DNA of 64,000 nt. Source: Octopus sinensis. Lineage: Eukaryota. Location: the NCBI RefSeq assembly GCF_006345805.1, contig NC_043000.1, positions 96,100,001 through 96,164,000 on the forward strand, given 5' to 3'. Made by a program: the position numbers and the translations under genes. The notes below the pieces were generated by a model. It saw nothing but the letters and a program-made list of their open reading frames with translations. It did not search any database and was not told the DNA's origin. Positions within the stretch are counted from its first letter, which is position 1; the number at the start of each line of letters is the position of its first letter. Shown here in pieces: positions 55,889 to 64,000 of the stretch.

Positions 55889-56054
55889 ATTAGTTGAAAA
55901 AAGTTAAAAGTCTGGTTTTCACGTTTTTTATTATGGTATTTTAACAAAACGCTATCATGCATAGTATACTCATCTGATGAAGATGAGTACACTGTATAAA
56001 AGCGCTAATTTTGTTAAAATACCATAAAAACCAGACTAACTTTATTTAACCAAT
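55889..56054. repeat. ~165-bp imperfect palindrome with CT-GATGA-AG apex
   Basis: Paired blocks agtctggtttt/aaaaccagact, ttatggtattttaacaaaa/ttttgttaaaataccataa and tactcatct/agatgagta around the loop GATGA (55976-55980). Confidence 0.8.
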
Positions 56055-56759
56055 AATGTGTGTGTATGTATGTATATATACGTGTATGTACAAGCGTGTT
56101 AAAGCATTAACGTAATACCCTATTTAAACTGTTCTTCCTGTGTTGTCCTTAATATTTATGGTATATACACCATATGTCTGTGTGTATGTATAAGTAAGTA
56201 TGCATGTGTGTCTACAGATGCAATATATGTGCGTGTGTATGAAATATATGGGATACTTTTGTTTTGTTTTGTTTTATTTTCAAGATAGTTTTATCCTCGC
56301 TAAAAATTTATTGGTGTTAGGGTAACTAGAGCCCAAGTTAAACTTGCTAGCATGTGTCTGTAGTAAACATACTTTTAGTGTAAAAGAAAGAACTGTGGTT
56401 AGACCTCTAGTTTTGTAGGGGTTTTGTTTTCTTCTGTGACAATTTTTTTTCTAAAAACATTGAATTGTCTAGTTTCAGTATTTATATCGTTTTGTTAGAG
56501 ATCGGTTACTTATTGTCATGGTCTCAGAAAATAGTAGCTCGTTTTCTATAATAGACTCATATTTGCACAGAACTCAGTTAGTCTGTTCTAATTTGCAAAG
56601 CAGTACAAGTGTCAGCCACGTAAATAATATTTCTTTTCTGGCCTCCGTCTCTCATTAATGACCATGGATGAAGAGCTTAGTTGTCCGCCCTTCTGAAACA
56701 CCGTTGTCAGTGACTGAACAGTCTACATTTCAAATATGAGGTGCACATGATGTGGGGAT

Positions 56760-57060
56760 TCGATAGGATCCAAGACTGGACAGTATTGTATAGCAAACTG
56801 ATTGTTGCCCATGCAGCGTTTGTTTCCCCTCTCCACAGCACGATTTGGCACCAGTATCGTCGCAGGAGTTGCCAGAACGAGGTCGTAGACAATGTCGAAC
56901 TACCTCAGGAGCTCCAGCCCCCAATTTAACTCGAGGTTTACCCCCGAAGCCTCTCCTATAGCTGGGTATAGCCGCAAAGCAGCGGAGTTTCGGAATCTGA
57001 ATTTTCCTTCTCCTAAATGGGTTGCCTCAACCTCTGGCTAACGGGTTCCATCGGCCCAAC
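56760..57060 (-). mobile_element. Non-LTR retrotransposon 5'-UTR-like remnant (Vingi/RTE-type leader)
   Basis: GC-rich island. Minus-strand motifs ggcaacccatttaggagaaggaaaattcaga, ttctggcaactcctgcgacg..ctggtgccaaa and gctgcatgggcaaca resemble Vingi/RTE leaders as I recall them. The family assignment is unverified. Confidence 0.5.
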
Positions 57061-57636
57061 TGACTTACTAATTAAATCATAACTGGGACTCTGGCAGGTG
57101 CTACTACACTGGCTCAGAACAGATATGGTCACAATAGTGGCTGAGAGGTAACTTCATATTCCCCGAAACCCTGGAACTCCTAAATCAGGGCCTCAGTACT
57201 GGATGCATTTTAAGTCATTTTGTGTTTTAAAAAGAAAGTAAATATGTGGATCTTCGTCATTTTCGACGATGACTTTTCAGTTGTGTGATCCAGGTTCATT
57301 GAATTAGTAAATGGCTGGGTATTCCACAGATACGTGTACTCTTAACATAATTCTCAGGCAGAATCAGCTTAAAACTATGTAAACAGGTTGCATTTTTTAA
57401 TTACAAGTACAACCTACCCGACAGGCTACTGCACAGTTTCCGATGGCCCAATTTCATTCACAACACTTGAACTGACGCGAAGTTATAGAAAAAAAAAATC
57501 ACATTCCCAAGCACTGGGGTCGAACGCAGGAGCTTATGACAACGAAGCGAACGTCTTAACTACTCCCTCGTTCTCTACATTTATGGTAAATAATATAAAC
57601 TACTCGTGTATTTGTAATCAAGAGAAATAAGAAAAC

Positions 57637-57679
57637 GATCTCTGACGAAGTGGTGCAAAACGCTGAAACCAGTTAGATT
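57637..57679 (+). ncRNA. Minimal type I hammerhead ribozyme motif (Penelope-type)
   Basis: GATCT-CTGACGA-AGTG(gtgcaaaa)CGCT-GAAAC-ca-GTT^AGATT: stem I GATCT/AGATT, core CUGANGA, 4-bp stem II, GAAA, very short stem III and a GUU cleavage triplet. Confidence 0.6.
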
Positions 57680-58071
57680 AAGCTTTATTTATTTATTTGC
57701 TACAGTGAGTAAAAATATGTCATCGAATCACGTGTACATACTTCTCACAGTGAGGCAGTGTTTTTATTGAAATAAATTTCCATATTTGGTAAGAAATGTG
57801 TTTACTAAAAGTGGGAAATAGACTTAACCTGCTGCCCAATTTAACACTATCACCTGGCACCTTCAGTTCTTTTAACTGAATCCAGTCTGTAGCAAGCAAT
57901 GGGGCCAGGTTTCCGGTTTCAGGATATCTTTCTCAATCCCTCCTTCCAGTTTCGGAAGGCCCTGTAAAAGGTCATGGACACTGCCTTGTCTCCTACTTAA
58001 AATAAAAATTTTAAAAAAGAATAAACACATGCTTGTGAATATAACTTGCATGTCTCTCTCTCTCTCTTTCT

Positions 58072-58102
<31 letters not shown>

Positions 58103-60417
58103 AATGTTTATTTTTATGTTGAGTTTAATGAAAACATTGTTATACTTGGGACGGTCATATTTTGCCGACTCAACACACGCACTATATATCTGGTCTTCAC
58201 TTCAGCTTTATCGCTATCATTTTAGTTTCTTTGTAAAAGTTTCTTTCATCACACATTCAGTGAACTCTTCAATGACTCTCTTCCCTACGTATCTCTTCTT
58301 ATTCTGCTTTGGAGAGGCTGCAGAACGTGTGACGAGAGAACCTTAACAAAGAAACTAGAATAATAGTAACAAAGCTGAAGTGAAGACCAAATATATAGTG
58401 CGTGTGTTCAATCAGCAAAATATGACCATCCTCAAGTATAACAATATCTGTTTCACGTACGCTTTCATATCAAGAATCTTGCAAAACAAATACATAAACA
58501 ATATTAAGAAAATAATTTTACATTTAACGAGTCCATATTTATTGAGTAAAATTTCTCCATTTTTGACATTGAAAAAAAAATTTTTTTTACAAATGATCAC
58601 TACCTTACAAAAACTATATCAGCTTAGCAAAACTCTCTGCTGTGAATGCATTAAAAACACTATAACATAATCTGAACACTATTTCAAAAAATATCACCGT
58701 TCTCTTTAAGCATGCAAAAGACAAATTTAGCTGGGGCAAAATGAGTAAGACAAGATAAGATAAGGTGAATTTATTTCTTCAATTCTTCAAAATTATTTGA
58801 AAACAAGCTTATACACATCAATACCCATCCTTAGACATCAGAAAGATCAGAAATGCAGCAAAAATTTAAAATATCTAAGTTAAATGAAAGAGGGTCAGGG
58901 AAAATGGCACATGATATGAAATTAACGGAACTCAACTAGATCTATAAGCTCATAATATTTCAACTTCAGCAACAACTATGCTGACCAATTTTTACTCCTA
59001 AAGGTGATGCAACAGTACAAAATGATGGTGCAATGCTTGTAATGTAAAGACTTCAAACAAGGAGACAACAACGAGAAATCAGAAGTTGTTCATTTTACCC
59101 CTGTTACCACTTTTCCCCCCACCTTTTTAATTCATCTTTGTTACTTATGATTTTAATTCATCTTTGTTACTTAAATTATCAACATGTTGTGGGCACAATG
59201 GGAATGAGGGGGAAATTACCTTAAAAGTGCATCGTTCTCATACTAAAATGCACATACAAGTAGTTCTCTAAAGTTGAAAAGCTTCGGTTAACTAAGATTA
59301 TTATCTATCAAATTAGTGGACAAAAATTCCTGCTGAGAGTTTTTGTCAATAATGTTTGCTGACACGTTCGGACAGCTGCAAAACACTCACACACACTCAC
59401 GAGCGCGCACACACACGCACACATACACGCACGCACACACACACACATGTACGGTTTGGGTCATTTTCACTTTGCGCTGATCGAGCAATTAATATATCAC
59501 AAAAAAGAAGCCAATCAAATATTTAGTTGACCCGTAAAATTAAAACATACCATACATATGGTATAGTTTCCTCCTCTATTCATCTCTCTCTTTCTCTATC
59601 TCTCACTCTCTTTTTCTCTTTCTCTATCACTCTCTCTATTTCTCTCTGTCTTGGTCTCTCTCTCTTTTTTTTTTATTTTGGTGCTTACGCTCAAGTTATG
59701 ATGGTGATGGTCATATCGCCCTAGGTCAACCTTGATCGAGCCGACCTATGATCAAATGTTTTCAAGCTATGAGTAAATTGGATTTTTCGGATTATGACGG
59801 TCTGCACTATTCAATGTCCCTTTTCCTTTTTCAAGACGCCAGGGTGTTATTGCAACAGATTTGACTGCTATTTCTAACAGCTCAAGCGATCGTGATTTTA
59901 ATTTAATTTGTCAAATTTGGTCGGACTGAATTTTAAATTGAAATAAAACATCGACCAACTTGTGAACTACATGATATAGTTATATGTGTTTAAAATACAA
60001 CACATGTAATGTAATTTGACCCGGTTGCTAACCCCGATCGAAACGATTTCCCATTAATTGTGTTTTTCAATGTTTTGAGGCAGAACATTCTGTTTTTCCA
60101 TCTCGTGTAGTGAAACTCTAACCAACCCAAAGATTTATTTCGTCATCAAACCCCTATTCCCATTTTTATTCTCGTACTTATATCCACTGAATTCGTTTGT
60201 TTCTGGGTATCGTAAGATTTTCGCTTTTTCTCATATTTATAGGATCCAATCAACAAACAACAACAGGTCTTTTTAAATATATATTTATGAGAACTTGTAA
60301 ATGCTGTACGATGAAAGATAACGGTGTTGGTTATAATATTGATTTCCAACAAAAGACAAAAGCCATTGAAACGACTTCAATTAACAGAGGGTAACAAGTA
60401 TCCGATGCCCTCTAGAA

Positions 60418-60483
60418 CAGCTTTTTCAAACTTTTTTGTCGCGACCCACTGAAGGGCCGAGACCCCCAGTTTGAAAAACGCAG
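60418..60483. mobile_element. 66-bp hAT (Charlie/MER5-like) MITE with 8-bp TSD
   Basis: TSD CTCTAGAA at 60410-60417 and 60484-60491. TIRs cagctttttcaaact / agtttgaaaaacgcag. Confidence 0.8.
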
Positions 60484-62685
60484 CTCTAGAATGATGTAAA
60501 ATTGAGGGAGTTATTTTTTTTTTCACAGTGTTCTTATTGTTTACTTTTATAAATTGTGTTCTTTTTCACTGAATTATTGTTGTTCTGATTTTTTATTTTA
60601 ATATTCTCAAGTATCAGCTGGTTGTTTATATCTAACACTTAATTTTTATCAACTTTGGAGAACAAAGTCGGGTATAGTTCAATTTGAACTCTGTCCGTCG
60701 ATGGATGGAATTACATGCTAAAATATCATGTTTAAATTAATCATAATATTCGTTTAATTACATTGGATAAATAAGTGAAATCCGTTATCTGAGGAAACAA
60801 GGTGATAGTCGTTAATTTTGGCTGAAAATAATCGTGGAAGTGTACGATAAGCTCAATTATCTCCAACCAATCCCGACCGAAGCATTTTTTCTCCCTTCCG
60901 CACTGATGAAGGGCAAAGAGCCAACAAATTTCGAGTTGTCATTGTTTGCAATAGCTGAACTTAGCAAACTGCAAACTATAAATTTTGGCTTTTAATTTTC
61001 CCAGAAGTCAAAGATAATCCAGTAAGAAGGAAGACCACTATAAGCTTAATCAAAGAATTTAACTTACGTTATAAACAGAAATCTGGTGCTCTAAAATGCT
61101 GAGTCACCGTTCCGATTGCGAGTTAATATCATGTTGGTATTTATTTTACATGTCATTTATTTTTAAAGAGCTTTTCAGGAAATTTGATATAACTTTTCAT
61201 TTTTATATACTATTTTATTTGTATTTTATCTATGATCTTTCTCAATAAATTTAATTTATGCGTATTAAAAACACGCACTTATATCTTTTATCATTTCCAA
61301 AACATGTTGATGTATAAAGATAAATAAAGTATAAACAAGGTATTCAAGGCCGCGAAAGACTAACGAAATAACATAAATATGGGTCTCTGACTTAAACCAA
61401 TGAGATGCGATGTTGTTTAGCCTAAGGTTGAAACTGATTGATGTGATATATAAACAAGGGCAATCCAGCCGTGACCATCTCATCTTTCTATTGGTTCCAA
61501 GACTATCATTATCTAATATGTCTTTCACTTTTTCAGACAGTAATGTGTGATTTAATGGTAATTTAACGGTTATTTCTAGCACGTAGAATCTCCCTTCTAC
61601 TCGTGGTATTACGATTATGGATAAAAGGGCTACAGAGGTAACAAGTCCTTGGCCTCCCCTTCTTTCTTGTTTGTGTGAATGTGTGTGTGCGGGTGAGCGC
61701 ACACGCTTGAGTCTGTGCATGTGTATTTTCATGTAAATTTAACCCAAGGAACGAGTTTCTACCTGGTCTCTCTCACCTTCTTTGAAGTAGTCTCCTAATA
61801 TTTTTCAGATTTCACTCTCACGATAGAAAGGACACACGGAATAACATATTCCTAGATATATTAATTCTGACAAAAAAAAAAAAAAAATGAAACAGGATTG
61901 GCATAGCTGGAATGCTCTTCATAATAGGTCTGCTCAGTCGGGTTTGACCTGGGCTGGCTAAACAACTATCCAAATTAGTTGCAACAGAAATAAGCTAGTT
62001 CACTCTTTACTTTCAACTGTTGATTCTGTTAAACTTTTACTGCAGATAAATAAATCTATTTATATAATTAGCTGCATGTCTCTATCTCTTTGTCTGACCC
62101 TCTGGCATAATACATCATCATCATTACCGTCATCATTATAACGTCCATTTTTCCATGTTAGCATGAGTTGGAGTTTTTTTTAGAAAGATTTTCTATGCCT
62201 GGATGCTCTTCCTGTTGCCAACTCCAACTTTTTCTAAGCAATGTAATATTTTCCCCATAGCTAGACATGTTTTTGCAGAATACTGGAAATAAATGATACT
62301 GCTTATATGATAGTTTACAAGTATCATGTAATGTCAAGATGAGACAAAAATATACACACTTATGCACATGTACACCCACACACACATATACATACATACG
62401 CACGTGTGTGTGTGAACTCATGTGGTTTAGTATTAGGGTATTGGCTCATAATTGTAAGGTTGTAAGTTCAATTCTTGGTGTCACGTTGTGTCCTTGAATA
62501 AAACACTTTATTTCATGTTGTTCTAGTCCGCTCAACTGGCAAAAATTACTTGTAATTCAAAGGATCAGCCTTGTCACATTGAATCTCCCTAAGAACATTA
62601 AGAGTATATGTGTTTTCGGAGTGCTCAGCTGCTTGCACTGCTCAGATCAACTGGAACACACATTATAACCAATGGAGTGCCGTGT

Positions 62686-62990
62686 GTGTGGAGGTGCAAT
62701 GGCCCAGTGGTTAGGGCAGCGGACTCGTGGTTTTGATTCCTAGACTGGGCGTTGTGAGTGTTTATTGAGTGAAAACACCTAAAGCCCTACAAGGCTCCGG
62801 CAGGGAGTAGTGGCAATCCCTGCTGTACTTTTTCACCACAACTTTCTCTCACTCTTTCTTCTGTTGGCCTTCTTGCTTAACCAGTGGGGTGGCATCATTT
62901 GAAGGCTAAAACAATGCGAAGCACATTCTGGCCAGCGATGTGTAGCAACATCTGATAGCCTGGTCGGTCACAGTGATCACGGTGATATAT
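62686..62990 (+). mobile_element. tRNA-derived SINE (family C)
   Basis: gtggaggtgcaaTGGCCCAGTGGttagggcagcggactc...gaaaacacctaaagc. Its 3' part matches 33793-33880 in reverse. Confidence 0.7.
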
Positions 62991-64000
62991 ATATACATAT
63001 TTGTGTATTTGTACATATGTATATACAACAGGAAGGCTTTGATTGGTCTTACCCAAATGCCATGCAGTGAGACTGAACTCAAAACCATGCAAACCATGCA
63101 AACTTCTCAACTATGCAGCTATGCCTGCACCTATACATCACTGACAAAGAGTTCTGGTGGTATATAGTGAGACTTCTGCCTAGTTTTGAACCATCTTGCT
63201 CATAAAAAGTAAAACCAGCTGCAATAAATTAACTGTATCTCCATAAAAGGCAAGAATGTCTGGTATGTAGCCAATGAAATGGTATGCTTAAAAAGAGGTG
63301 TGACATTTGCACCAAGTAGTTTTTCTGAAGTTTTGTTAAAAGTTATAAAAAGTTGAAATATTGAACTCCAAGACAGAACAAGCCCATGCATGACATGGAA
63401 CTGTCATTCAGTTCTGTAATTCCATGATAGGTTTTTCAGTAACCATCGACAATTATCATACAATAAACTAAAATATTATTTCTATTTTACCCAGTAAATA
63501 TTTAAATTCTCTTGTATACTATAATGTGTAAGGTTTTTCAATTTAATTTTTCATAGTACATACATGAATACTACTGTTTGAAGTAATAAAATATAGAAAT
63601 ATATATCATTATTAGGGTGATCATTAAAGGTAGCAAGCTGGAAAACTTGTTAGATAGCTGGTCAAAGTGCTTAGCGTCATCTAGTCCATCTTTATGTTCT
63701 GAGTTCAAACTCTGCTGATGTCAGCTTTGCCTTTCATCCTTTTCAGTTCGATAAAATAAGTACCAGCTGGGCACTGGGGTCAATATGATTGACTTACTCC
63801 TTCATTCGAAATTGCTGGCCTTATGCCAAAATTTGAAACCATTATTAGTGAGGTCATTTTCACTTTAGCACACAGCTTACCAGCCTATCTTCTACCTTCT
63901 TACTGTTGTGTATTACCAGTGATGATATTATGATGACCACTTACTGCCAAGGTCACCTTTGCCTTTCATCATTTTGCAGCTGATAAATAAAATACCAATC

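Noticed and set aside
61265-61732. 155-aa ORF
   Set aside because: Overlaps a dispersed repeat (related to about 25190-25345 and 59720-59890) and a microsatellite; no protein motif.

Overview
AT-rich, repeat-saturated animal genomic DNA. The repeat families and long (TA)n/(CA)n tracts resemble those of coleoid cephalopods such as Octopus (inference). The only host coding sequence I can support is the first coding exon of a RanBP9/RanBP10 (RanBPM, SPRY-domain CTLH subunit) gene on the minus strand at 53219-53414. I found no exon 2, so everything to its left is probably a first intron longer than 53 kb. The window also holds a 5'-truncated RTE LINE with a C4HC3 PHD-like finger after its RT, two decayed mariner transposons, two non-autonomous Helitrons, TTAA- and hAT-type MITEs, several tRNA-derived SINE families, a 28S rRNA fragment and large microsatellites. 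The most notable unexplained signals are: (1) Penelope-type minimal hammerhead-ribozyme motifs, including two unrelated palindromes that both fold back on a CT-GATGA-AG apex; (2) a perfect RFX X-box upstream of the gene; (3) an apparently CpG-retaining island in mid-intron; (4) several closely spaced inverted repeats that could form dsRNA. All calls were made by eye; no searches were run.
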